Assembly (NCBI RefSeq): GCF_030684315.1
Contig: NC_081378.1
Location: forward strand, 30,800,571-30,864,570
Length of the DNA: 64,000 bases
Source: Stegostoma tigrinum
Taxonomy: Eukaryota
Reading direction: 5' to 3'
Shown here: positions 49,531 to 63,367 of the stretch, one piece after another
Position numbering within the stretch: the stretch's first letter is position 1
Layout of the letters: each line of letters starts with the position of its first letter
Translations under genes and position numbers: made by a program
Notes under the pieces: generated by a model
The model's input: only the letters and a program-made list of their open reading frames with translations
Database searches by the model: none
What the model was told of the DNA's origin: nothing

Positions 49531-52500
49531 CACATCTGAATTTGCATGGTCATAGAAGCTTTAACACAAATCAGCATTTTTACACATGGCTTTGTTTTCT
49601 GTGTAAAATAGGCACAGCATTCATGATTAATTTACTTTTAATTCTTTCACAAGTGCCAAACCGCATTAGCTACAAATAATGTTTAATATATATTAAATAA
49701 AAATGCTACCTGCTGTTCCTTTTGTTTTCCAACCAAATGCAGTGCACAGAACAAACTCTAGAGTTTGTCCGTATAAATCAGAAATTGTCTGATTAAAATA
49801 TGGATGTGACTTGTTTTATTGTCATTATGATTTTTATGCTTGGATCCAGCACTTGAACAGGGATATTTAATGGCTTTTAAAGTGCCAACAACTGTTAGGT
49901 TGATGGATTTGATTTTTATTGATATAAAATCTCCATGTAAATTCTCTGGCCATAGAGTACATATGTTCAGATTTGATCAGGTTAGCCTTCTCAATTGAAT
50001 TAGACCTTACTTGAATAGAAATAAGTGGTTCACTTCTGTAAAAAAATCATTTGGTTAACATAAATTTCAGGCTCACGAAAGGTTCATTAAATTAGCAAAA
50101 CTCATATTCCTGCAATGCAGAGACAATTTGCAATTTTTTTAGAAAATGAGAACTTATACTTGGCTAAAAAGAAAATTAACTGCATGTTGCCTCGACTGAT
50201 AAAAATTTTAAACACGTAATGAAGATGTGCTATTTTTACAGTGGTTTAATAAGATGACGAATAAAAGATACAGAGAACACCACAGAGAATAAATTGCCAT
50301 CCAGCTATGAAGTATGGCTTGCCCCTTTGTTATAATAATGGACAACAAAAGCCCAAGTTATCCATTATAATTTGTACTGAAATTAATCTCATATGTTCAG
50401 CTAACCTAAATCATTTTGTCTGTGCAGTTATGCAGCAAACTCATGGCATAATGATTAGCCACTCAACTTCCCAAGCTAGTTCATATATCACATGGAACGG
50501 TGGGACCAACTGTACAACAATGATTAATATGAATTTAAATTTAGAATCTGCAGATGTCACTTATCTTACTGAGTTTTTGTTTTGAGGGGTGTTGGTTAAT
50601 TTTCAAATTGTGGAGAAAGTAATTTGTCAATCATCTCCGTGTTAGCAGTAAAACGGTAGGGGAACAACTGATTCAGACCACAAAGTGCACTGTGACATTT
50701 GCTGATCATCTCAGAAAATGAAAACTAGACAATTACTTGAAGATTGTTTGACAGTTTTCCAGATAATGGCATCTTTGTGAGAAAAAAATACTGGTGAGAT
50801 GAAATTTCATAATCACCCAGCAATGAATCTCGTTATATACGTGGCAGTGTAGAAAAACAACTCATGAAAACTGATCTTCCTCACTGTGAGTATTCCTTCA
50901 GGTCATGTGTTTACGAAGAAGACATGAGAACCAAACGGGGTCATAAATAATAGAACCCCAAATCAGAGAGTATTAACAACATAGGAAAATATGATTCTTT
51001 TTTGTCTATTCAATTGCTCTTAAAAAGCAAAATAAAACTAACTCCCTCTCTGTGACCTTCATCAAAGTTCAACTTCCACCATCATTGTGTCAGTAATGTG
51101 TTGGTGAAATGGAAGTTCTAAAGGCTTTCCTAATGGGAACCCTTCAGTGGAAGAGAAAAATGTTCGTAAGATTAATCTGTGCCCACCAGTACCAGTAACT
51201 AGACAGAGGTAAATGAAGAGTGCAAGTTAGATGTAGACACAATGGCAGAATCTAATTATGCTGGGACAGTTATTCAACACATCTGTTTATTGCCTGCTGT
51301 GCGCTCAATGACACTGCGTGAAAGAAAGCCTTCCAGAGTGATTAACAAAAAGATTTTACGTGGTTACTTTTGGCAAGTTGCCAAACATATCTGCAGGGCC
51401 TGGTTAAAAAAAAGTACTTTGCGAATACTTACCTAGTAGTATTCTTGTGAGATCTAATTTTAACACAAGAGTCCTATTGTCATATAGTGCTACCTACTAC
51501 ATGGAAGTCTCATTTACCATATAGAATCAGCCACCTTGTAATCTGTGACAAACAACAATGACCTTCAAAAAGCTGTCCATAACAATTTAATGGATCTGTG
51601 GCATTTATTTCCATGATTTCAATACCAATTTCATTTTGACACCATCTCTTTTGATATCCTGGACTATGAAAATAAAAAAAACAGGCTGAACAGTCAGATT
51701 GCAGCATACACATAGAGAGCTAACTAGGGTTTTATTTTATAAAAGGTTATTATTCACTTCTAAAGGAGTCATATATATGTTTGAGGTGTATGTCTACTTA
51801 AGGCAGAATTTAAATTAGAAAACATGCTTCGTATAAGCTTTATTTTAAAACTTCTGCAGAATTTTCCTTATTGAATAGATGGAATGAGACTGTAGACTTC
51901 TAAGGTTGATTTTTCAGAGCTAGAAGGGCTTTTTACTCGTAATTATGAATCAGTATACTGCTAAAATTTGAATATATCTTATTCAACAAAGCACATAATT
52001 TTCACTGGATATTATGGTGTGAATAATAGATCAGTGAAGAATGCAGCAATGCATTCCATGATGTCAGGTGCTGGATTTCCATCTTTTATAACTATAGATA
52101 TATTAACACCAGAGTTTGCTGTTATAATTACACAATAAATACAGCAAGCACTTACAGATATGTTATTGTTACAACCAGAAATTCTGGACTATTAAATAAT
52201 AATATCAGTAATTGCTTGAAATTTGACTCCATTTCCTCTTAATCAAATTACACTCCTGATCTGTGAGTGTAGTATCTTGGAGCAACAGAAAGCAATCCTC
52301 TTTAAACTTGCACATCTTTCACCTCCTGCTAGCAGCTGCCATCATTTCTGGGCAATACAGCTGAGAAAGTACTTTTCTGATCAATCTAGTCAGACCTGAT
52401 ATTTCAGACAATGATTGTGAGCAGTGGAGCTTGTAAACTCAATCACGTTCTGGTTTAACATGTTGTACAGGTGACTGACTCCCTTTTTCTCCAGGCCTCA

Positions 52501-52984
52501 GTTAGAGATGCATTCCTCGTGTAAAATCTGCAATTTCTGGATAAGCTGCCTTTGATATTGTAATTCTTACTCTTGCACAAGGGCACCATTTTGGAGGGAG
52601 GCAGCTCTGTTGACAAGAATTTCTGTCATCAATTTAGAACAGGTTGCTGCATAGGAACATCTGATTTACTTCCCAGATCTTGTCAAGGAGCTGAGTGAGG
52701 CTTTCTGAGCTGAACATTTGTTTCAACATCCTGAAACCTGAATATTAAAAGTTGCTACGGGTATGTAAGATGAGGGCTTTTGGAAAATCCGGGAGAGCCA
52801 AGTGTCATCTGGAAGAGAGAGATGCAACTACCACTTGCCAGAGTTAGCACCATTCAACTTTCCAAGAAAGCCCATCTAATTAATCAAAGGTATTTTAGCA
52901 CAAAGTCCTCATCGAAGAAATTATAGAGATAAAACATTCCTGGGAACTGGCCATAGAACTGAACACCTGTGTTCCATAACCTCC

Positions 52985-53240
52985 AGAGCCATAGCCAGAC
53001 AGTGGTTAAGAGTCAATCACAATGCTGTAGGTGTGGAGTACATGTATGCCAGACCACATGAGATAGTAGTTTCCTTCCCTGGAGAATATTACTGAACCAA
53101 ATGGTTTTTCCCAACAATTAGGAATACTATCATGTTCAGTTATTTTTATTGAATTCAAACTCCATTATCTGCTATCCAGGATTTGAACACAGGTAGCTAG
53201 ATTACTAGTCTAGCGATAATGCCACTAAATCATTACCTAC
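52985..53240 (-). mobile_element. tRNA-derived SINE, degenerate
   Basis: Colinear with 63012-63367. Confidence 0.7.
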
Positions 53241-53242
53241 CC

Positions 53243-53722
53243 ATGCCTGCAGCTCCAACAACACTTCAGATGCTTAACATCATTCCAGGACAAAACAGCC
53301 AATTTGATTTGCATCAGATACTCAAGTATTCACTCCATCCTCCACCGATGCACAGTAGCAGCAGTGTGTACCATATACAAGATCCACTACAGAAATTCAC
53401 CAAGTCTTCTTAGGTAGCACCTTCCAAATCCACAACCTCTACCATCTAAAAGAACAAGGTTAATAGATACAAGGGAACACCGTCAACTACAAGATTCCCT
53501 CTAAGCCTCTCACCATCCTGACTTAGAAATATATCATCATCCCTTTAGTGTCATTAGGCTCAAATCCTATAAATCCCTCTCCAATGGCATTACAGGTGTG
53601 CCTGCATCAAATGGAATGCAGCAGTTCAAGAAAACAGCTCACCACACCTTCTCAAAGGTAACTTGGGATAGGCAATAAGTGCTGGCCCAGCCAGTGATGC
53701 CCATATATCATAAGTGAATTTT
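53243..53722 (+). mobile_element. CR1/L2-group LINE 3' end sharing its tail with the SINE family
   Basis: Shifted frames give AAPTTL, HSLHPPPMHSSSSV and GMQQFKKTAHH. Tail gggataggcaataagtgctggcccagccagtgatgccca. Confidence 0.75.
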
Positions 53723-54539
53723 TAAAAAAATGTTTGTGTAATTGCCTACTCTTACACCTTGATTGTGTATTTGTGACTGCATTAGGCTGCATTTTTTTAT
53801 TTTTTGGGCAAAAAATATTTATGCCTAAACTTGTTTGAACTGGTTCATTGCAAAGTAGAGTGTGATACTTTGATCCTCTGCAATGTCTTGGACTGCAGTA
53901 AACTACTGTGCCTTTCAAGGCATTGATCTTATATCAAGGTCGAGAAAGCAACTGATACCAACAAAGGGACCTTGAGATCAATGGAAATCATGACTGAGCT
54001 GAGAGGAAAAGCATGTAATTTAACACTTCACCATCCTTTTGATTTCTTTCTTTTTGCTGTTGAGATGTTTTTACATCAGGTGTGAAATGTACATTGATGT
54101 CAAAGAAAACCATAGCTAACTCAATACTAATGAAAGGCAACATAAATATCATTCCTTGATTGCTTGAGAATAAAGTATTAACAACATTTATGAAGAAATT
54201 AGAAGGATTTTGTTCTTATTTTGTAAAAAATATAAAGTTTGCTGTTTGTAGATACTCATATTCTCAATCATGGCTGCTACTTTCACAGCCTTAATCATTT
54301 GCAAAGAAATTGTTTAGGCCTGCCTTTCACCAACCTTGTTGATAATGATATTACAGGTTTTAGCAAAGATTATGATGTTAATTTAATCCAAACAGATGTA
54401 TAGCTATTTAAAATGTAAGAAAATGTGAGAACAGAGCAAAACAAACATTTAGCTCAGGAATTCTGACTCAGCTCCTTTTTAACGTCTGACATGACTATTA
54501 ATTTTTGTGACCTTATATCCATATCTTTCAATCATCTAC

Positions 54540-54608
54540 AAACGTCAGCTTTTGTCTCCTAAGATGCTGCTTGGCCTGCTGTGTTCATCCAGCCTCACAC
54601 TTTGTTAA
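54540..54608 (+). mobile_element. Family A pLTR fragment (3' half of hammerhead plus body, no tail)
   Basis: aaacgtcagcttttgt...catccagcctcacactttgtta. Confidence 0.9.
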
Positions 54609-54964
54609 CAAAGACAGGTCTTGTCCAGTTTCCCCTTTCCATGATTTCACTGGGTTCTTTATTTCCCTACAGTCAGTGATAAACTATTTCAGAAGTCAAT
54701 AGCTTTCACCGTAAAGAAACGTAGAATTAGTTTTGGATCTTTGCCCGAATCTGGAATTTCTCTTAACGTGGAATGCACAAAGTAAATCAACATGCTTTCA
54801 CATCAGTTTCTTTGATTTTAAAGAGACAGTATGTTCCTTTAGTTTTCTTTCTCCCCCTTAAAGGGAATGCAATATATTTCTCTCGCCGCATAGACCACAA
54901 AGCAAAGAACTACCTTTTCATTCCTAATTCCTTCATTCCATCAACTGTGTCAATTCTTGTTTCC

Positions 54965-55454
54965 TGCCATGGAGAGGATGTTGTGATACTTGAAAGGTGA
55001 CAAGAATGTTGCCAGGTTTGAGTGGGGTTGATCTGCAGGGAGAGGCTGAATAGGCCTAGGGCTATTTTCCCTGGAGCGTTGGAGGCTGAGGGATGACCTT
55101 ACAGAGGTTTATAAAATCATGAGGGGTATGGATAGGGTGAATGGACAAGGGTCTTTTCCCCAGGGTGGGGGACTCCACAACTAGAGGGCATAAGTTTAAG
55201 GTGAGAGGGGAAAGATTTAAAAGGGACCCAAGGGGCAACTTTATCCTGCAGAGGATGGTGCGTTTATGGAGTGGTGGAAGCTGGTATAATTACAACATTT
55301 AAAAGACATCTGGATGGGTATATGAATAGGAAGAGTTTAGAGGGATATGGGCGAAATGTTGGCAAATGGGACTAGATTAATGTAAGATATCTGGTCGGCA
55401 TGGGCAAGGTGGATCCCAGGGTCTGTTTCCGTGCTGTGCACCTCTGTGACTCTA
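54965..55454 (+). mobile_element. CR1/HER1-like LINE 3' end
   Basis: gaggctgagggatgacctt...gtttaaggtgagaggggaaaga...gggtctgtttccgtgctg. Confidence 0.9.
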
Positions 55455-55790
55455 AGTTGTCGGGCAGATGTGACTGAGAATCGGTCAAATATAAATTTGG
55501 TTTAGAAGGGAAGTTGAAAACAAAATGGAGAGGCGGAGCTGTTTCAGGACTTTCACATAGAGGCAGATGATCTGACTGAGGGACAAAAACAATTCTTTAT
55601 ATTTGTTTTCTTCCAAGGATAATGACAATGTGAAAGTCATAGTTGAAGAGTAGCCAGAACACTAATGGACTTAAAACTGGTGAAGCTGTCACTGTGATAG
55701 GGAGCAAAATTTGAAACCATGAGAAAAAGTTCACCTAATAGTGATCATGTAATCACATCAATTATCATTTAAAAAAATAACTGTTTCACT

Positions 55791-55891
55791 AACAATAACA
55801 AAGTTGCTGGTAAAGCTCAGCAGGTCTGGCAGCATCTGTGGAGGAGAAAACAAAGTTAATGTTTTGGGTCCGGTGACCCTTCTTCAGAACT
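55791..55891 (-). mobile_element. Family B pLTR single-arm insertion beginning at the hammerhead
   Basis: 12-bp TSD aactgtttcact. Minus strand agtt-CTGAAGA-a-GGGTC-accg-GACCC-aAAA-ca-TT-aact. Confidence 0.88.
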
Positions 55892-56075
55892 GTTTCACTG
55901 AGGTGGCAAGAACTGCAGATGCTCGAATCAGAGATAACACACTGTGGAACCCTTTTTCAGATACATCAGCTTTCCTGTTCCGAAAAAGGGTCCTGATCTA
56001 AAACATCAGTTCTCCTGCTTCGGTGAATACAAATGTGACTAAGTGGCCGGAACAGATGGTGGTGTAAATGTTTTC

Positions 56076-56380
56076 TCATTTGTTCATGGGACGTGGATTT
56101 TGCTGATTAGACCCATCCCTAATTGCCCAGAGGGTAGTTACGAGTCATCCATATTGCTGTCACTCTGAAGTTACATGTAGGCCAGATGAGAAAAGGATGA
56201 CAGATGTCCTGAACCAGCTGACAATTGACATGGTGACATGATTAACCAGCTTTATTTTTATTTCCAGATTTCTATTTTGTTTAATAAATTAAAACTTCAC
56301 CATCTGCTATGGTAGGATTCTAAACCACTGAGCTTTAGCCCAGAATTCTAAAGTATCAGGCTTACGAAAATACCATTCCT
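56076..56380 (-). mobile_element. tRNA-derived SINE, degenerate
   Basis: cccatccctaattgcccagaggg...catgtaggccaga. Confidence 0.75.
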
Positions 56381-56414
56381 CCCCCATGATGGACTATTGT
56401 TCATCAAACCGGAG

Positions 56415-56945
56415 AAAGGTAGATAGTGAAGCTCTCCTGGGGTCAATGCTTGGACTATTGTTTTCCTTGATCTATATGAATGACATAGACCTGCGTGTAC
56501 AGGTACAATTTCAAAATGTGCGAACAATTTAGAACTTGGGTGTATTCTGAGCTGTGAAGAGGTTTGTGATAGACTTCAAGAGGAGATAACTGTCTGGTGG
56601 ACTGGATGGACATTTAACAGATGATGACTTACCCAAAGAAGTATGAAGTGATATATTTTGGATGGAAGAATGGGGAGAGGCAACGTGAAATATTCCAAAG
56701 GTAGTGTAGGAGCAGAGGACTTCGAAGTAGATGTGCACAAATCATTGCAGTCAGATGGCTCATTTGAATAGTGGATCATAAGGGATCCATGATCTTTGGC
56801 TGTACAAACAGAGGCAAAGAATGTAAGCATGTTACAGTGAAACTTCATAAAAAATTGGTTTTCTCTCAGTTTGACAATTGTATTCAAATCTGCACACCAT
56901 AGGAAAAATGTGAAGGCAATGAACAGGATACAGAAATAATATGTG
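56415..56945 (+). mobile_element. Degenerate CR1 RT fragment
   Basis: GSMLGLLFSLIYMNDID resembles QGSVLGPLLFLIYINDLD. Confidence 0.75.
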
Positions 56946-56964
56946 TTTCAACAAAGATCTGTAG

Positions 56965-57495
56965 CATTGGTTATGGTTGGAGTTGTTGGTTGGTTCACCG
57001 AGCTGACTGGTTTTCATTCAAATGCTTTGTTCCCCCTTCTAGGTGACATCATCAGTGCTCTGTTGAAGTGCTGTTGTTCCGCCCAGCTCTGAATTTAAAT
57101 GGTCCCGTCTGTCATGGTAGGCAGTCTTGTTTCAGTTTTGTACCGGAATAGTGCATAGATGGGGTTTATTTCAACATGTCTCTTTATTACATTGGTGCTT
57201 AAAACCCAGGCCTCAAGGAATTCCCATGTTTCACTTTGTCTTGTTTTCCCTAGTACTTTAACTCTATCCCAGTTAAATTAATGTCCTTCTATGGCTGAAA
57301 GTTTGAAACAAGGGAGAGTGAGTTGGTGTTCAAGTATCCTGGTGGCGTGTTTCTTGTCCATCTGTTCTCTGTAGAGTTTCTCGCAGTTGCTGCATGGTAT
57401 TCATATATCATGTTTGTCTTGCTCATTGTGGGTATGGGGTCTTTTGACTTTGAGAGTAACTGGCAAAGTGTTGCTCCATTTATCACCCACCCTTG
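56965..57495 (-). mobile_element. Old Penelope/Poseidon-type PLE (family C relative) with degenerate hammerhead at about 57021-57058
   Basis: ORF 57289-57486 TLCQLLSKSKDPIPTMSKTNMIY. pLTR similar to 10795-10930 (gcaCTGATGAtgtcacc). Confidence 0.8.
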
Positions 57496-60042
57496 TTGTT
57501 CTATAAAGCACGGGTCATAGGTTCATGTTATTGGAGGAAATGGAACATATTCAAGGTGAAAGTTACCCAGAAGAATACCTGCGAGTAGAACTAAAACAAA
57601 ACAAGGAGTTTAATAGCAGCAATTAAGTGGCATGGTTCCATCTACAATGCAATTCTCTTCACTCACTCATGAAAAACAGGAAAAACTAAATGAATTCCTA
57701 CATAAATTTAACTGAGCAAAGAAGCTGGAAACAGCGAAATGGTCAAAATGGATAATAAATATTTTTCATTGCTATGCATATCATAGAAATTGTCATTTGA
57801 ACTCAACATCAGAAAATTGAGATTTCAAATCTGCATTTCCAACAACTCAGTGAATTTCTCATTGCCTAATATGTTTCATGAAATCCTTTAGGTTAAAATT
57901 AAGTTCAGAATTCTGCAAAGCTAAAGCTGTGTGGAGCTCTTCTGACCGCTGTTCTTGTTTGTTCACCAAAACAAAGAAAAGCTCAAGTCACAGAGATAAC
58001 TGTATTATATGTTCACAAAGTTGACCATTAGAGTTTAGTTAATTATGGAGTTTTAAAATTTGGTTAAGAGTTGACCAACGGTGTCATGAGGCAGTATAGA
58101 AGGTATTAAGAAGTGCTGCGATTTTAAACCTAGAGGCTTTTGGAAAATAGACAAACTAAATAACTACTATACTGAAAAATATATAAAGAATGAATAAAAA
58201 GTAACTCACTGAAAATAAGTGTGAGACTGAGCATCTTTCTGTTTGGTATGACTACACTTTAGTATTTCAGTATTGCATTCTATGTCATATGGTTAATGTG
58301 CAGTTTCGTTTCTTGTCTTTGAGTAGTAAGTATATTCAAAATTATCAGTATGGTTATATCTGAGCCTTGAAATAATACAAACATTTAATGGGATAACTGT
58401 AAAATAGAAGAATGTATGGTTGCAAATGTTTTGTTTGTTCTAACTGAAGCCTATACTGTGTAGTATAGTAAATATATTGGAAATATTCATGTTGGTAGCA
58501 TTGGCCTTGAATTTCAAATACAAATGAGGCTCATAATCAAACTTTTGAAATTAGAACGTGGACTGTATGCATTTAAAAAGACATGCCCTTATTAAATGTT
58601 GCTGTTTTCAACAAAAAAAAAATTATTTTCCAAAGATTTCATCATATCTTGTGAAAAGAAGTCATAGTTCCTTGAGAGATGACAATGTCAGGGATAAATT
58701 GTAAAGATGGCTAGTGAAGTAGAACAAAATTTCACATTAGAGTCATGAGCCAGAACAGACAACATGAGATTTGGGCACTGAGACTGGCTTTCATTTGCAA
58801 GGAAACACTGAGAATGCCTGTAGACAAGACTCAAATTGGAACAAGTTATGGATTGCACCTATAGACTGAACTGTTGACAATAGTGTGTACTGATAATGGC
58901 CAAAGGGAATAGTCAAGGATTGGGTCAAACCACAAGTATTACTCACAAGCTGAAGTGATAATGGGTGTCAGTAATAAATTGAACGTTGGGAGTCAGGAAT
59001 AGAGAAAGGCAATAAGAATTAAATAAAAGCTTAGACTGGAACTAATCATTGTTGGAGGTCGGACATTTGAAGATAACCAAGATATGCAACAGTAAGCAGT
59101 AGAGTTTTATGGATAGTTGTGGGCATGAACACTTAATGTAACTTTGTTTGATTATTAGTATTGTAGTCTTAATGAACAGTGATAGGAACAATGAGAAATA
59201 TAGCCAGATTTTGGCTGTTGAGGTAGCCAACAAAATCTCTCAACTCAGCAGATCCACCTTGGTAAAAGTATGGTCTAATCCATACCATCTTTGCTTCTGG
59301 GGTTGGGTGTGGAGTGGAATTGGACCCACTGACCCCAGAAGTAGACCTTTAGTTGATATTGGTTGAATAATACTGAGGCAGGTTGCTTGAATGGCCAGCT
59401 TTGGTTCTCTGGGGCTCTTTCCCTGCAATACTGGAAGAATTTAAGTACTTTATTCTTCATCCCTCGCACATCCTCACCCCTTACCATCCAACTTCTCCAA
59501 GGTCCCTTGCAACCTCCATGGCAACAACTGTGATATGTCTCATGCTCTGTATGGCAGTAATTGAGACATTCTCATAACATCAACACTATATTGTAGCATG
59601 TGACAAAAAGAGATAAAGATCTCATTTTCCATCTTCCTTCAGGTCATCTCAAAGCATGTTCCTCTGTTGTGAAGAAATAGCTTAATATTAGCCCAGATGC
59701 ATATTTATCTGAGCAATCTACGGTTTCTACATTGGAACTAGTTGTAATGAATGTTATTTGGATTATTCTACACCATAACATTTGTGCTCAGTTTATGTGA
59801 AGGGAGACATGCTCTTGGAGACAACATCACACCATGGTAGCAGCAGCGACCATCTATAAATAATTCCAGTGGCTTGGTGGCAAATATTTGGGAGGCTAAT
59901 TGAAGAGGCACAGGTAAACATCTTTGGACAACAGTGAATTCAGGCAAAGGGAAGCTTTTTTGTGATAAGGTAATAGTTTAATACTAACCCAGGTAAGTAT
60001 CTGTCTGTGGAATATAATGTTTGTGTATAGTAACTAGTTTTT

Positions 60043-60133
60043 TATAATATATAGTATATAGTATAATATATAGTGTGTGTATATATACACATACACATAA
60101 TATATAGTATATAATATATAGTATAAATTATAG
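60043..60133. repeat. AT-rich simple repeat ((TA)n and tataatatatag units)
   Basis: Read directly from the sequence. Confidence 0.9.
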
Positions 60134-60334
60134 TAAGGGTTTTTTGATTCTTCAATACCACAATGTCCAGCCTCAGGTATTTTTTTGTATTTTAGAAAAT
60201 AGCAAAAGTAAACTTACTCAAATATTATGTCGACTCTCGTTCTTCAGCCAATCGCCATCATTCCTCATTCTGCCCATAACCTCACTATACCTTTTCCATA
60301 CTCATTCACCCAGATTCTTAAAACAAGAATTGTT

Positions 60335-60720
60335 GTAATGTAGAAGAAGGACCCAGCTCTCCAAATGAACCATATGCCTAGTGCCTTTCTCCCACAATTT
60401 ACACCACTCCTTTCCAGAAAACAGTTTAATTCCCTTGAGTGATTTGATTGAACATGCCTGCACCATACTCTCCAGTTACACATTCCAGATCTTAATCACT
60501 CGCTACATGAAAAGTATTTTCTCACATTGCTTTCGCTTCTTTAACTAATTAGTTCCAATCTATGCCTATCTTATCTTATTTTTGGTCATTTCATGACCGG
60601 GAACAATTGCTTTCTATCAATTCTTGTGAGAATTACTATAGCCCAATAAAATCAGCCCTCAGTTTTCTCTTCTCCAAGGAAAACAGTCACAACTTCTGCA
60701 ATTTATCTTCATAACTGATA
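60335..60720 (-). mobile_element. Degenerate CR1 3' region
   Basis: cattccagatcttaatcactcgc...ttctcttctccaaggaaaacagtc. Confidence 0.65.
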
Positions 60721-63011
60721 CTAAAATGAATCACTTCATATTTCTCCAAATTGAACTTAGCTGCCAGCTATGCAGAATGTACATAACCTTGAACCACAGA
60801 ATGTGAATGTCAAGTGTCAGTTGTCAAACGTTAAGTTTTTGATTTAAAATATTAATATCAGAGATGTCAAACACTTTGCACATCTAAAACTTGACCATAT
60901 AATCATTGAGATATTTACAGATCACAGAAAAGGTCACAGAAAATACAGTTCATTATTGCCACTTAACTATTTCATCAAACAAAGTCAACAATTAACTTCA
61001 GTTATTAAATCAGAAAACCCTGATTAGTTAATGCTCTTTTTGTCTGCACTCAGAGACAAGCATTTCCTTCCTGAATTTTAGGCTTTATGGATAAAGAGAT
61101 AAACAATTGGTCTCTTTGTTCACAGAGTTTCCAGATGCGTTGTTGCCTTTGCGCTTTCAGTAATCCACAAGGGAAATAATTTGAGCTGAAAGGTAAGTGG
61201 AAGCAGCTGAAAAAAAGGCAAGTTGTGAGAAATGTCCCTGCTCCAAGACACTCTGGGTCAATAATTATTTTCTGATTACTTTACTAAAAGAGTGCTAGTC
61301 AATCTACTTGGTTGCAGAATTCAATGTATTTAGACGCAAACAATCTGGAGTCTTTATAATGTTGTGGTCAAAACAACACTTAACACAATATTGACAACAG
61401 AAAATTAAATTTTCACTTTTGGTAACTACATTCATCCCTGTTGAAATTGCAATGTTATCCAGCTTTGGGCAATTTGTCTCGCAGGCATATATTCTAACTC
61501 GATGTCATCTTGCATTATACTCCAAAATATAAACCCATGCTATCAGATGTTACATGCCTTGCATGTTTATACATGATTTAATAGTCCCACTTGTCAGAAT
61601 TGTGCCAATAGAATTTTGGAACAAATGATACATATTTCTGAAATAAAAAGCTAAATTGAAATGGAAGGCCTCTGCTATTAATGAAGTTGACCAATGCTAC
61701 ATATATTGCAAGGAGCATTTGAAATCCATCACCAAAATTTTCTATTATCAAAACAAGTCATTCATACTATAAATAAAAATTGAAATTGACTAGAAACTTA
61801 GATCTGACAAGAACTGCAGGGAGAGAAACAGTTAACGTTTCGAAGAAGAGAAGTCATGTTGGACTCAAAATATTAATTCTATTTTTCATTCACAGACATT
61901 GCCAGAGTGGCTGGATTTGTCTAGACTTTCTTTTTTTGATTTTCAATCTCTTGCATTCACATCATTTTGCTTTTGCCTTCAATCACATCATGACATTGTC
62001 CAACACAAAATAATTTGGGATATATAAAAAGAGACTAATGCAACAAAAACTGCACTGATAATTTAATGAGAACTATATTTATGTGGAAATATGTGAGCCT
62101 ACTTTGTGTTTTAGATTCTATATTTCTGTTCTTCATATGGTAAGTATCTGAGAACAGTCAAGAGAGTTTATGCTGTTTCATGTTTGGACACATTCTGGTA
62201 GTATACACAAGATAAATGGAAATCTTTTTAAATGCTGTACTGGATCCACCTTTGCTGTTATAGAATGTGCATTGAATATATGCCTTTACTTCACATATTT
62301 GTTGAGAATTAAGCTCCAAGCAATTAAATCCATAAATAAATAATTGTAATTACTGATCTGCTTCATAAGCAAGTTGCTTATCTGCATCCAATTTGTTTCA
62401 ATTAAAGCAAAAATAGACACACTAATGGCAGAATAGTGTCAGGTTTACCATTTTGAAAAATTAACCTTACTTTATGCATCCTGGGTGAGGGGTCAGGCTG
62501 TCAACAATTTCCCCACTCATTCAACAATATTAGAGAGAATCATGTGAGTGTCATAAATCATTGCACTGTTTTTATGAAAACAAAAAATCTTTTCACACAG
62601 TATAGCATTTAGATCTGCCTCAAGTTAATTGATCACTTAGTTACTTTGTGTAACTTAGTTCATCATGTGTTGATATTGGATCGATGCATTATGTGCACCA
62701 GCACGGAATTACTCACCAGAGAATTCCTTGCCTCTAACCACCCTATACAGTAGTCCTATGTATGCCTGGTCTACAGCTAGCACAGGTCAGGAGTGTGATG
62801 GAATGCTCTCTAGTTGCCTGGATTAGAGCAGGCCCAAAAGCATACAACAAACTCAACAGCATCTAGGACATAAGGGCCTCAACTAATATCAGGGCTGGAA
62901 GGTCAACTATGGGCCTTCTGACACAGGCCTTTATTCTGATGGGAAAGGGAAATTGGTAAGGTTTGGTATACCACAATTCCTCCTTATTAAGTGTTGTTCC
63001 CACCTTCCAGC

Positions 63012-63367
63012 TTTATTCATTAACGGGATCAGGCTGTCACTGGGTAGGCCAACATTTATTGCCCATCCCTAATTGCCCAGAGGGCAGTTCAGAGTCAACC
63101 ACATTGCTGTGGGCCTAGAGTCACATGTCGACCAGATAAGGTAAGGATGGCAGTTTCCCTCCCTAAAGGACATCAGTGAACCAGATGGGTTTACTCCTGA
63201 CAATTGACGATGAATTCATGTTCATCATGAAATTCTTAATTCCAGATATTTAGTGCATTCAGATTCCGCCATCTGCCATGGCAGGATTCAAATCCGGGTC
63301 CTCGGAACATTATCTGAGTCTCTGGACTAACAGCCCAGCAGTAATATCTCTCGGCCATCACCTCCCC
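63012..63367 (-). mobile_element. tRNA-derived SINE, full length
   Basis: Minus-strand head ggggaggtgatggccgag, B box ggatttgaatcc and LINE-like tail. Confidence 0.88.

Noticed and set aside
61127-61192. Exon-like segment with a strong donor (AAG|gtaagt)
   Set aside because: Stops in all three frames. At most a non-coding exon, with no further support.
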